In this document: piece after piece, positions 40,108 to 49,037 of the stretch
Numbering within the stretch: the stretch's first letter is position 1
Layout of the letters: each line of letters opens with the position of its first letter
Source of the DNA: Acidobacteriota bacterium
GTDB lineage: Bacteria; Acidobacteriota; Blastocatellia; RBC074
Direction of reading: 5' to 3'
Assembly: GCA_031423495.1 (NCBI GenBank)
Contig: JANPFP010000125.1
Location: 19,865 to 83,864 of the forward strand
Length of the DNA: 64,000 nucleotides
Made by a program: the position numbers and the translations under genes
Notes under the pieces: model-generated
Database searches by the model: none
What the model was told of the DNA's origin: nothing
The model's input: only the letters and a program-made list of their open reading frames with translations

Positions 40108-40791
40108 TTACTTCGAACCTGCCTGTTGAATGACCCATTCTTCAAAAGCGAGCAACGTTTCCAACTCGCCTTCATTGCGGTAACGATTGAGGTATTCGGT
40201 CAGCACTTCGCTCGTCAGCAACGGAACCGCCAAGCTTTGCGGAACCGGATGATATTCGCCCGCCTGCAACTGATAGATCAGGACGCGCTGCGTGTCGTAA
40301 TGCCAAATCTCCGGCACGTCCAACGCCGCATAAATTGGAAACTTCGAAAGCGATTCATGAAAGACATCCACTTCGACCGCGATGTCGGGGAAAGGGTCTT
40401 GCCCGAAATCCAGCGCGATCTTATTGCCGATGAGCGCAACACGCTGCACGTAAAAGCAGGCATCCGGTTCGTTGCCCTTTTTCTGACGGTCACTCTTGAG
40501 TGTCGTCGAACCAAAGAAGCGAATGTTCAAACGCAAACGCAAGCTGATGATGTTCATCAAGCGATTGAAAAACATCGCATAGCTTTCGTGCGAAGCTGAG
40601 ACAGGCATGATTTGCAACCTCCCCTCGTCATAACTGAGGCGCACGCTTTTCACTTCAGGCAAAGCGTCGAGCCAGTCCTGATATTCATCCCAACTTACGC
40701 CCTGCAACGTCAGCGTGGCGTAATCGGGCAACTCGTCCAACAACGAGAGTGGGATCTGTCTTTTCGGACTTGGAGCAAACGCTACACTCAT
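40108..40791 (-). CDS. Uma2-family (DUF820) putative restriction endonuclease-like protein
   Basis: 227 aa. PDIAVEVDVFHESLSKF... (PD-(D/E)xK core). EIWHYD tail typical of Uma2. Confidence 0.6.
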   Translation of the reverse strand: MSVAFAPSPKRQIPLSLLDELPDYATLTLQGVSWDEYQDWLDALPEVKSVRLSYDEGRLQIMPVSASHESYAMFFNRLMNIISLRLRLNIRFFGSTTLKSDRQKKGNEPDACFYVQRVALIGNKIALDFGQDPFPDIAVEVDVFHESLSKFPIYAALDVPEIWHYDTQRVLIYQLQAGEYHPVPQSLAVPLLTSEVLTEYLNRYRNEGELETLLAFEEWVIQQAGSK

Positions 40792-40801
40792 ACGACCTCA
40801 A

Positions 40802-41950
40802 CTAAGCGTGACTCGGTGACAATGCCAGCGCGTCATCGTTTGCGTGCGATTTCTTCAACTGGCGTTCGAGCTTTTTGATTTTCACCAGATGCTTCGGATT
40901 GAACGCCAACGACGGGTAATAACAATTCGACTCGTGCGTGCAGAAACAGTCGTTTTTGACATGCGCGCGGCGTACTTTCATTTCGGGCGAATTCCACAGT
41001 GCCCAGAAATCCCAGTTGTAATCGCGTAAGTTGCCGACGGCGTCGAGCTTTTCACAGCTTGAAACCGTGCCTTCGTCATAGATCACGCCGCCCGTCGTAC
41101 CCGCGTGGCAACGCAATTGGGCTTTGTGTTGTTCTTCGGTGCGCGCGATGAGTTCGTGCATGTAAATATCAATCGCCGCCTTAAAGTATCCGCCCTTGCC
41201 TTTGTAATGGTTCTTGATGACGCCGCGTTGCGAGTCGTCGTCAATCAGCGCGGAGAGCTTGCGATAACGCGAAATATCAATGTTCAGTTCTTGCGGGTCT
41301 TTTGACGGCGGGCGTATGTAATTGACGTTGATCTTGTCGGGCTTCAGTTCGTAGCGCAGATAATCGTACCAATCGAAAATGCGATCCTGATTCGAGTTCA
41401 TGAAACAAGTGCAAGTTTGCACGTCGAGGCGCGGGATTTCTTTTTGAATCTCTTGCAACTGGCGCGCGGTCGAAATGGCCTTGTCCCAACTGTCTTTCTT
41501 GCCGCGAATTTTTTCGTGATCTTCTTTGAGACCGTCTATGCCAAGCGCGACTGTGACGTTGAGCTTCGGGCATTCGTCGAGGATGCGCTGCACGTCGGGC
41601 ATGATGCGTTGCTGAATGCCGCCGTTCGACATCAGATAAACCGATTCGAGTTGGTTGTTTTCGTAAAAAGCGCGAACCACTTCGGGCAAATCTTTGCGCG
41701 TGAACGGTTCGCCGCCCGCGATGATCAGCACCGGCAATGTGCCGCCCAGCGTTTCGCTGATGCGTTGTAATTGCGCCGTCGTCATCTGCGATTTTTTGCG
41801 TTCTTTGTCGTCGAGTTCTTCGGTGTAAAAGCAATGCGAGCAACGCATGTCGCACACCGACGTAATCAAAATGTTCAAAATGACCGGCGACGTAACGCCG
41901 CCCATCATCACTTTGCCGTAACGTTTAATGAGTTCTAAGTTGTAGTCCAT
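40802..41950 (-). CDS. Radical SAM protein with C-terminal Cys-rich (SPASM-like) region
   Basis: 382 aa. CDMRCSHCFY (Cx3Cx2C). IAGGEP glycine-rich SAM motif. C-terminal cysteines (C..C...C, CFCTHESNCYY). Confidence 0.65.
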   Translation of the reverse strand: MDYNLELIKRYGKVMMGGVTSPVILNILITSVCDMRCSHCFYTEELDDKERKKSQMTTAQLQRISETLGGTLPVLIIAGGEPFTRKDLPEVVRAFYENNQLESVYLMSNGGIQQRIMPDVQRILDECPKLNVTVALGIDGLKEDHEKIRGKKDSWDKAISTARQLQEIQKEIPRLDVQTCTCFMNSNQDRIFDWYDYLRYELKPDKINVNYIRPPSKDPQELNIDISRYRKLSALIDDDSQRGVIKNHYKGKGGYFKAAIDIYMHELIARTEEQHKAQLRCHAGTTGGVIYDEGTVSSCEKLDAVGNLRDYNWDFWALWNSPEMKVRRAHVKNDCFCTHESNCYYPSLAFNPKHLVKIKKLERQLKKSHANDDALALSPSHA

Positions 41951-42102
41951 AAAAATCTTTCTAACAGGAATGCCATATAAAATAAGGATGCGTAAAACGG
42001 GACGTATTAGGCTTTACCCACTTGCGCAAAGTCAATCTTGAACATGCCTTAGCTGCCAGCTTGCCTGACGCGACGACGGTTCGCTATCCTCGCAGCACTT
42101 TT

Positions 42103-43056
42103 ATGAATCCTTCCACCGCATCCGTAAATCGCCGAGCCGAACTGGCACTGCTCGCGTTAGCCCTGATTTGGGGTACTTCGCACGTTATCACCAAAAACAT
42201 TCTGACCGTGCATACGCCGTTTTTTTATAACAGCTTGCGCTTCGGTTTTGCTTCGTTGTGTTTCGGGTTGCTGTTTGCCGGACATTTACGCAAAGCCCAG
42301 TCACGCGAAATCCGGCAAGGCATACTGCTCGGTTTGTGCAGCTTCGTCGGCATCGTGTGTTACTCGGTCGGGCTGATTTTTACGGCGGCGTCAAAGGCTG
42401 GTTTCATCACCGGCTTGTATCTCGTCTTCACGCCACTCGTAGCCTTCGCGCTCTTCCGCGCACGTCCCGCCGCCGATCATCTCGTCGGCCTAGCCGTAGC
42501 CGTTTGCGGCTTCGGCATCTTGAGTTACCCGCAAGGCGGCACAACCTTTAACTGGGGAGACGGACTGATTCTGTTTGCCGCACTGGCTTGGGCGTTTCAC
42601 ATCGCCGCGACCAGCCACTTCGCCAGCCAAAGCGATGTCAAAACACTTGCCGCCGCGCAAGTTGTCACCGTCGCGCTGTTATCTATCGCCGCTTATTTCG
42701 TACTGCGTTACGCCGTTGGCACGAACTGGCCTGCGCCGCTTGACCGCCTGCCTTCGCTCGAAGCACGCGCCAACGTCTGGCAAGCGAATACGTTATTACA
42801 AATTTGCTATATGGCGTTGGTCGTAACTTTCGCCGCCGCACTGCTGCAAACCTGGGCGCAAGGCAAAGTGGCAGCGACTTTCGCCGTGTTGCTTTACGCG
42901 CTCGAACCCGTCACGGCGGCGCTCTTTGCGTGGGCGGTGTTGGGCGAACAACTCACCGCGCGCAGCATCGCAGGCGCTACGTTAATTGTGGCAGGCGTAT
43001 TCATTTCGCGACTGAACTTATGGCAGCCATTCGCTCGTGCAAAACGCCTAGCGTGA
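42103..43056 (+). CDS. EamA/DMT-family transporter
   Basis: ~10 TM helices with duplicated EamA halves. Start uncertain (42022 or 42103). Confidence 0.6.
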   Translation: MNPSTASVNRRAELALLALALIWGTSHVITKNILTVHTPFFYNSLRFGFASLCFGLLFAGHLRKAQSREIRQGILLGLCSFVGIVCYSVGLIFTAASKAGFITGLYLVFTPLVAFALFRARPAADHLVGLAVAVCGFGILSYPQGGTTFNWGDGLILFAALAWAFHIAATSHFASQSDVKTLAAAQVVTVALLSIAAYFVLRYAVGTNWPAPLDRLPSLEARANVWQANTLLQICYMALVVTFAAALLQTWAQGKVAATFAVLLYALEPVTAALFAWAVLGEQLTARSIAGATLIVAGVFISRLNLWQPFARAKRLA

Positions 43057-43066
43057 GTAACCTGAG

Positions 43067-44065
43067 CTATAAGCCTGCGCCACGTAGGCCCAGGTGCGCG
43101 ACGATTTGTTTGCCGTGAAAGCGTCCGTTCTCAATGAAAATCTTGCCAGTCTCTTTGCCCGCGATGACGACGCCCGCGAGATATATGCCGGGGGCGTTCG
43201 ATTCGAGTGTGTCAGCATCAAACGTGGGTTTCATCGTGTCGTTATCAATCGTGACGCCGAGGCTGCGCAAAAAATCGTTGTCAGTGTGATAGCCCGTCAG
43301 CGCGAATACGAAATCGTTCGGCAGCGTTTGCGTCGCATCCGTAAGCAAATTGCGCACTTGAATTTCAGTCGGCGTAATCGCCGTCACGACTGAGTTGAAA
43401 TACGCCGTGATTTCGCCGTTGGCGAGGCGGTTTTCGATGTCGGGCAGAATCCAGTATTTGATCGAACGCTTGACCTCAGCGCCGCGATGGATGAGCGAGA
43501 CGCGCGCGCCGTGACGGTATAAATCCAGCGCGGCGAGTGCGGCGGAATTGCCCGCGCCGATGACGGCGATGTCGCGCTGATAGAACGGATGCGCGTCTTT
43601 GTAATAGTGCGAAACTTTCGGCAGGTCTTCGCCCGCGATGCCCATCGTGTTGGCTTGATCGTAATAACCAATCGCGACGATCAGTTTACGCGCTTGATAG
43701 CGGCAAGTTTCTTTAGTGGCTAATTCGGTATGCACGACAAACGCGCCGTCGCTGCCTTCGACATGCGTGACCCGTTCGTATTGCCGCACGTTCAGCCGAT
43801 AGCTGTCAGCCACGCGACGATAGTATTTCAACGCTTCGGCGCGATTAGGTTTTTCGCGTTCAGAAACAAAAGGCAGGTCGCCGATTTCCAATAGTTCAGG
43901 CGTAGTAAAAAACACCATCGCCGTCGGGTAGTGATAAAGCGAATTGACCAGACAGCCTTTCTCAATCACCAATGCCGACAGCCCTGCGCGTTGCGCTTCG
44001 ATGGCGCACGCCAAGCCGGTGGGGCCTCCGCCAATTACCATCACATCGGTTGTCGGTTCTTTCAT
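43067..44065 (-). CDS. FAD-dependent pyridine nucleotide-disulfide oxidoreductase, YpdA-like
   Basis: 332 aa. N-terminal VMVIGGGPTGLACAIEAQRAGLSALVIEKG. Second dinucleotide motif IAVIGAGNSA. Confidence 0.65.
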   Translation of the reverse strand: MKEPTTDVMVIGGGPTGLACAIEAQRAGLSALVIEKGCLVNSLYHYPTAMVFFTTPELLEIGDLPFVSEREKPNRAEALKYYRRVADSYRLNVRQYERVTHVEGSDGAFVVHTELATKETCRYQARKLIVAIGYYDQANTMGIAGEDLPKVSHYYKDAHPFYQRDIAVIGAGNSAALAALDLYRHGARVSLIHRGAEVKRSIKYWILPDIENRLANGEITAYFNSVVTAITPTEIQVRNLLTDATQTLPNDFVFALTGYHTDNDFLRSLGVTIDNDTMKPTFDADTLESNAPGIYLAGVVIAGKETGKIFIENGRFHGKQIVAHLGLRGAGL

Positions 44066-44245
44066 CTCGAAATTATTGCCAGTCAGGGTGTATGAACGTC
44101 ATGGCGCTCAATATTCTCCATTCCTTATTCTCAATTCTTCGACAGGTACAGCCTTTTTCTTGTGGAAGAATTGAGAATAGGGAATGGAGAATGTCGGCAT
44201 TCAAAGGAAACGCCTTTGAACCAAATTCAACTGCCGACCATTGCC

Positions 44246-44686
44246 TCAGACTTTCTCAAGTAAATGCAGCGACGGCGTATAGCCGATTTCCCAGTCGGGA
44301 TAACTGCCCAGCACGTGGCACCACGCGCAGCGTTCGCCGACGTAAAGCCATTGCACGCCGTGGCGCGCTTCGTCTAAGCAGAAGCCAACGGCGAGGTTGA
44401 ATTCCTCTGAGTTGCAAATCGTACACGCCAGCCGCGCGGAGTTTTCTTCTTCCCAAAATTCTTTGGTGTCGCCGATGAAATGCGAGTTGCGGCATAGCAC
44501 GCACACGCGCCGCGCACCTGCCGTATTCGTCGCATAATCCAAATGAAAGAGCGACGAACCGCAGACGCACAACGACGCGCGCACTTCATTGACGCGGCGC
44601 GGCGGCACGGTCAGGGCCAACAGATAAGGTTCGATGTCGCGGGCTTCGCCGCCATACCACCACTGCCCGATTTGTTCGATTGCCAT
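44246..44686 (-). CDS. Cys-rich hypothetical protein
   Basis: 146 aa with multiple CxxC pairs (CVC, CVLC, CTIC, CAWC). No assignable family. Confidence 0.35.
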   Translation of the reverse strand: MAIEQIGQWWYGGEARDIEPYLLALTVPPRRVNEVRASLCVCGSSLFHLDYATNTAGARRVCVLCRNSHFIGDTKEFWEEENSARLACTICNSEEFNLAVGFCLDEARHGVQWLYVGERCAWCHVLGSYPDWEIGYTPSLHLLEKV

Positions 44687-44783
44687 AAGAAGAGTGGCTA
44701 GTGGTTAGTGGTTAGTGGCTAGTTGGCGAGCTTTATTCACTAGCCACTAACCACTAACTGCTAGCCACTAACTTTGCAGGTGT
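44687..44783. repeat. Long palindrome built from TAGTGGCTAGTGG-type units (REP/terminator-like)
   Basis: GAGTGGCTAGTGGTTAGTGGTTAGTGGCTAG...CTAGCCACTAACCACTAACTGCTAGCCACTAAC. A related palindrome lies at 55366-55441. Confidence 0.6.
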
Positions 44784-45253
44784 GCTTCTAAAAACCAGAG
44801 CGATTTGTCGAGATCGCGCGACATACCGGTGAAAAGGTCTGCGGTGTCGGCATCGCCAGCGCCGGTGGCTTCGTCAATGGCGTTGCGTGTTGACGTAGCC
44901 AGTTGCGCGTAACGTTCGGCCAGCGTTTTGACCGTCGTCATGCCTTCGACCGCATCGGCGGGATAGTCCAGCAGCCGCGAAGCCTTCGCCGTCATACGCG
45001 CCGTACCCATCGCCGTGCCGCCCAAGGCCGTAGCGCGTTCGGCAATCGTGTCCACGAAAGCAAGCAAGTCGGTGGCGAGCTTGTCATAAAGCTCATGCAG
45101 TTGAATGAACTGCGGCCCTTTGACGTTCCAGTGCGCCTGCTTGGCCTGACTGTAAAGGTCGAAAGTGTCTACTAATTGTTGATTGAGCAAGCCGATCATT
45201 TGTGACCGGGCTTCGATGTTGAGATCAATACTAGTTGAATAAGTTTTTGCCAT
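44768..45253 (-). CDS. dps: Dps (DNA-binding ferritin-like protein)
   Basis: HWNVKGPQFIQLHELYDKLA ferroxidase-site region. ~161 aa from the internal Met. Confidence 0.75.
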   Translation of the reverse strand: MAKTYSTSIDLNIEARSQMIGLLNQQLVDTFDLYSQAKQAHWNVKGPQFIQLHELYDKLATDLLAFVDTIAERATALGGTAMGTARMTAKASRLLDYPADAVEGMTTVKTLAERYAQLATSTRNAIDEATGAGDADTADLFTGMSRDLDKSLWFLEAHLQS

Positions 45254-45334
45254 GTCCCTCTCTCTAAGTTGGATTGAATACATTAGGCGCGGATTCTATG
45301 GTGTGCGCGAAACTGCTTCAAACAAGGAGACATT

Positions 45335-45658
45335 ATGACGAATCAACTGAACCGCCTTACGCCTGCGCTCGAGAGTGACGACCTGATGCGTACGCTCAGG
45401 TTTTATACCGAGGTGTTGGGTTTTGAATGCGTCGCGCGCTGGCCTGAACACCGCCGCGAATTCGCTGCGTCGCCGCCGCCGCTGTTGACCGGCTCGCTCT
45501 ATTTCAACACCAACGACGTCGAAGCGTGGTGGGAACGTTTGCGCGCGCGCGCGACGGTTGAGTATCCGCTTGAGACTTTCGATTACGGCATGCGCGAGTT
45601 CGCTATTCGGGACGATTGCGGGTACCTGTTGCAGTTCGGTCAAGACGTGACCGATTAA
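45335..45658 (+). CDS. VOC/glyoxalase-bleomycin-resistance family protein
   Basis: 107 aa. VOC-fold pattern (FYTEVLGFE...). Confidence 0.5.
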   Translation: MTNQLNRLTPALESDDLMRTLRFYTEVLGFECVARWPEHRREFAASPPPLLTGSLYFNTNDVEAWWERLRARATVEYPLETFDYGMREFAIRDDCGYLLQFGQDVTD

Positions 45659-45721
45659 ACAAAAGAAAGGCCGCGCGAGTTTCGACGCCGCGCGGCCTTT
45701 CTTACAGCGAGTTTAGCCAGC

Positions 45722-46288
45722 CTATTTTTTCTCAGCTACACTGACCCAGGCTTTGGTGTTTTCCCATTCAAACACCAGCATCGAATCAGGGCCGACGCGA
45801 TCAAGCGTAATCAGAAAACGATCCAGCGAAGTGCTGGAGGCTTCAACTTTCATGTCTGCCGTCGTCAGCACAGTGGCATCGTATTCGGGTTTATAAGGCG
45901 TACCCCAAATGTTGATGGTCTTGTTGATTTGCAGCACCCATTTGTCTTTGCTCGGGGTGATCCAGAGCGAATAGGTTCCGGCGGGAACTTCTTTGCCGCC
46001 GATGAGCAACGGCACTTCAGTCGTCAGGTGCGTCGCCTCGTTGGCTCCCGCACGCCAGATTTTATCCATCGGTACGAGTTCGCCAAAGACCTTGCGGCCA
46101 CGGGCGGCGGGGCTGCCGTAATTGACGATGACTTTTTTCTGCGCATTGCGCGGGCCGAATCCGAGTTCGGTCGAACGGCGCGGGCTATAAGGACGCGGCG
46201 CTGCCGCAGGCGTTTGGGCGGCAGCCATCACGGCCATTGCCAACAAGAGTGAGCAAGCGAGAACAGTGCGAAGCGAAAATGCTTTCAC
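45722..46288 (-). CDS. Secreted DUF2911-family protein
   Basis: 188 aa. Signal peptide. WRAGANEATHLTT...GTYSLW pattern. Confidence 0.5.
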   Translation of the reverse strand: MKAFSLRTVLACSLLLAMAVMAAAQTPAAAPRPYSPRRSTELGFGPRNAQKKVIVNYGSPAARGRKVFGELVPMDKIWRAGANEATHLTTEVPLLIGGKEVPAGTYSLWITPSKDKWVLQINKTINIWGTPYKPEYDATVLTTADMKVEASSTSLDRFLITLDRVGPDSMLVFEWENTKAWVSVAEKK

Positions 46289-46398
46289 GATATTTTTCCT
46301 CCAAATGGTTGATGTGGTTAAAAGTTGCAGGAACGGTTCAGGCCAATGATGTCCTGAAGCCAGAGGCTAGCATCCGGTTTGCGCCAAGCCAAGCGGCT

Positions 46399-46935
46399 TC
46401 ACAGCGGGCGCACCATCCACCAGTCAATTTGCGGATCGTCGCCCATCGGAAAGACGTGTTCGCCGACGCGCGCGAAACCGTGCTTGCGGTAAAAGGCTTG
46501 CGCACGCGGATTGTGTTCCCAGACGCCGAGAAACATAGCTTTGAACTTTTCGCGGCGCGCGGCTTTGAAACAGTGTTCGATCAACGCGGGCGCTACGCCG
46601 TGGCCGTGGCAGTGTTGCTCGACGTAAAGCCGCGAGAGTTCAATCGCGTTACGTTCTTCTACGCAATCGGGCGGCTCAGGGCGAAAGAGTTTGGCGTAAC
46701 CCACCAGTTGTTCATCTAACTCCGCCAGATAAAACGTAGCGAGCGCGTCTTCCCATTCGTCGGTGAATTGCTCGACGGTGAAAGCCGTAGACATATACGC
46801 CTGCATATTTTCGGGCGTATTGGTGGCGACAAAGGCGTCATAAAACGTACGCGCGGCGAGTTCGGTCAGCGCCGGAAGATCAGAGCGTAGGGCTAAACGA
46901 ATCAAGGGCTTTTTCATACACCAATCTGCATCCAT
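46399..46935 (-). CDS. GNAT-family N-acetyltransferase
   Basis: 178 aa. Acetyl-CoA-binding region QHCHGHGVAPAL (Q/RxxGxG/A). Confidence 0.65.
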   Translation of the reverse strand: MDADWCMKKPLIRLALRSDLPALTELAARTFYDAFVATNTPENMQAYMSTAFTVEQFTDEWEDALATFYLAELDEQLVGYAKLFRPEPPDCVEERNAIELSRLYVEQHCHGHGVAPALIEHCFKAARREKFKAMFLGVWEHNPRAQAFYRKHGFARVGEHVFPMGDDPQIDWWMVRPL

Positions 46936-47345
46936 CGTTCAGGGTTTTTCAGCGGTACGAAACCGGTATGTGCATACATCCCGTGTGCGTCTTGCGTCGT
47001 CAGCAACCAGCGCCGCAGGCTTTCCAATTCAGGATGCGTTTGCATCGTTCGCATCAACCATTGGCCCAAGCCCTGGCCGCGTTCGCTTTCCAGCACGAAC
47101 ACATCGCACACATACGCAAAGATCGTGTAATCGGTCACGACGCGCGCGAAACCGATTTGCTGCTCACCGCGATAGAGGCCAAAGACCAGCGAATGCTCAA
47201 GCGAACGTTCGATCTCGGCGCGCGAACGATTGCGCGCCCAATAAGATTGTTGCTGCAAAAACGCTACGATCACGTCGGTGTCCAGCCGCGCGCGGTCGGT
47301 GCTGATCGTGCAATCATCAAGTTGCCATTCACAGATATTCATCAA
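46914..47345 (-). CDS. GNAT-family N-acetyltransferase
   Basis: 143 aa. ERGQGLGQWLM motif. Overlaps the downstream GNAT gene by 22 nt. Confidence 0.6.
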   Translation of the reverse strand: MMNICEWQLDDCTISTDRARLDTDVIVAFLQQQSYWARNRSRAEIERSLEHSLVFGLYRGEQQIGFARVVTDYTIFAYVCDVFVLESERGQGLGQWLMRTMQTHPELESLRRWLLTTQDAHGMYAHTGFVPLKNPERWMQIGV

Positions 47346-47491
47346 AGTTTCAGCGAGTATAGTTTTCTGTCAGACGATGAAGGAAAGACCATTGTCAATT
47401 TCCCCTGGTTAATTTGGCAAGTTTCATGTGTCCGCCAACCGTTCTTGGAAAACAGGCCCCTCCTCGGTAAGATCGCAAAGCAACCCAACCA

Positions 47492-47908
47492 ATGTCGTCT
47501 CTCGCTATGAAAAGCTTTCACTTTATTTTTGGGCTGGTGATGTTCGTCGCTTTTTTGCTCACCGGCCAATACATGGACAAGTTCCACCATCATCTTGAAG
47601 GCACTGAAATCGGTGTCAGGATGCTTTATCGCACGCGGCATATATTTATTTTGCTGGCGAGCCTGACGCATCTGGCGTTGGGGCTTTATCACCAAACGCG
47701 CGCGGGGCAATGGCAGCGTTGGGCACAACGCGCTGGCTCGGCGGCGTTGGCGGGCGGTTCGTTGTTGCTGATCGTAGCCTTTTTCAATGAAGCAAAAACC
47801 AGAGACCTGACTACGCCTTTTTCGCATTGGGCGCTGTATCTCAGCCTGTTTGGCATCGTCTTACACATCGCCAGCGGATATGTGAGCAGCCTCAAACAAA
47901 AGCCGTAA
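47492..47908 (+). CDS. Small integral membrane protein (hypothetical)
   Basis: 138 aa with 4 predicted TM segments. Confidence 0.4.
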   Translation: MSSLAMKSFHFIFGLVMFVAFLLTGQYMDKFHHHLEGTEIGVRMLYRTRHIFILLASLTHLALGLYHQTRAGQWQRWAQRAGSAALAGGSLLLIVAFFNEAKTRDLTTPFSHWALYLSLFGIVLHIASGYVSSLKQKP

Positions 47909-49028
47909 ACACTTCGTTTGCCAACACTGTGCCTGCGCGTGAAATGCGCAAGGTTTCATCATCCAATTCAATCAAGCCAGCTTCGTGCAGCCGCGCGAGT
48001 TCGTCGCGGTAACGTTCGCGTACATTGACGCCGAACTGTTGTTCGTGGGCTTTCAAATTGACGCCTTCTTTGAGACGCAAGCGCAAGAACAGGTTTTCGC
48101 TCTGGCGGTCTTCGTCGTCGAGCGGAATGGTTTCGGCGATGGGCGAAGCGTCGCTTTCGATGCGTTGCAAATACTCATTCAAGTTGCGCGTATTCGACCA
48201 GCGCGTCGCGCCGTCATAACCAGCCGCCGATACGCCAAACGCCCAGTAAGGCGCACCCGTCCAGTATTTCAAATTGTGCCGCGACTCGTGACCGGCGCGC
48301 GCCCAGTTAGAGATTTCGTAGTGCTCAAAGCCATGCCGCGCGGCTTCGTCTTTGAGGGCGAAATACATTTCGACGGTGAGTTCGTCGTCAATGGCTTGAA
48401 GCTCGCCGCGCTTGATGCGATGCAAGAGCGGCGCGTCTTGATAAAGTTCGAGCAGATAAACCGACAGGTGATCAGGCGCGAGCGCGAAGGCTTCCTGCAA
48501 GTTGCGCTGCCATGTCGCGCGTTGTTGTTCGGGCAATCCGGCGATGAGGTCGAGGCTGACGTTATCGAATCCGGCTAGACGCGCCAGCTTGATCGCATCG
48601 CGCGCAGCTTGCGCGTTGTGGATGCGTCCGATCATTTCGAGTTCTTCGTCAGCGAACGATTGCACGCCGAAACTGAGGCGATTGATGCCCAATGCGCGCA
48701 AGGCTTCGAGGTATTCCAGCGAGATCGAACCGGGATTGGCCTCGGTAGTGATTTCGGCGTTGGGCTTTACCTCAAAGGTCGCGCGGCAAAGTTCGAGAAT
48801 GCGCGCGAACTGTTCGACCGTCAGTGTCGTAGGCGTTCCGCCGCCGAAATAGATGGTGTCTACGCGACGCATCGTTTCGGTCACGTCAGCGCGTTCGATC
48901 TCAGCGCACAGCGCGTTGACGTAACGCGCCGCGAGTTCAGCTTCATAACCGCCCGTGGCGAAGTTGCAGTAATGACAGCGCGCTGCGCAAAACGGGATGT
49001 GAAGGTAAATGCCTGCGAGTTCCTGCAT
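47892..49028 (-). CDS. hemW: Radical SAM family heme chaperone HemW (oxygen-independent coproporphyrinogen III oxidase-like)
   Basis: 378 aa. [20 protein letters not shown]-terminal motif. HemN_C-like tail. Confidence 0.8.
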   Translation of the reverse strand: MQELAGIYLHIPFCAARCHYCNFATGGYEAELAARYVNALCAEIERADVTETMRRVDTIYFGGGTPTTLTVEQFARILELCRATFEVKPNAEITTEANPGSISLEYLEALRALGINRLSFGVQSFADEELEMIGRIHNAQAARDAIKLARLAGFDNVSLDLIAGLPEQQRATWQRNLQEAFALAPDHLSVYLLELYQDAPLLHRIKRGELQAIDDELTVEMYFALKDEAARHGFEHYEISNWARAGHESRHNLKYWTGAPYWAFGVSAAGYDGATRWSNTRNLNEYLQRIESDASPIAETIPLDDEDRQSENLFLRLRLKEGVNLKAHEQQFGVNVRERYRDELARLHEAGLIELDDETLRISRAGTVLANEVFTAFV

Positions 49029-49037
49029 AACGGCACA

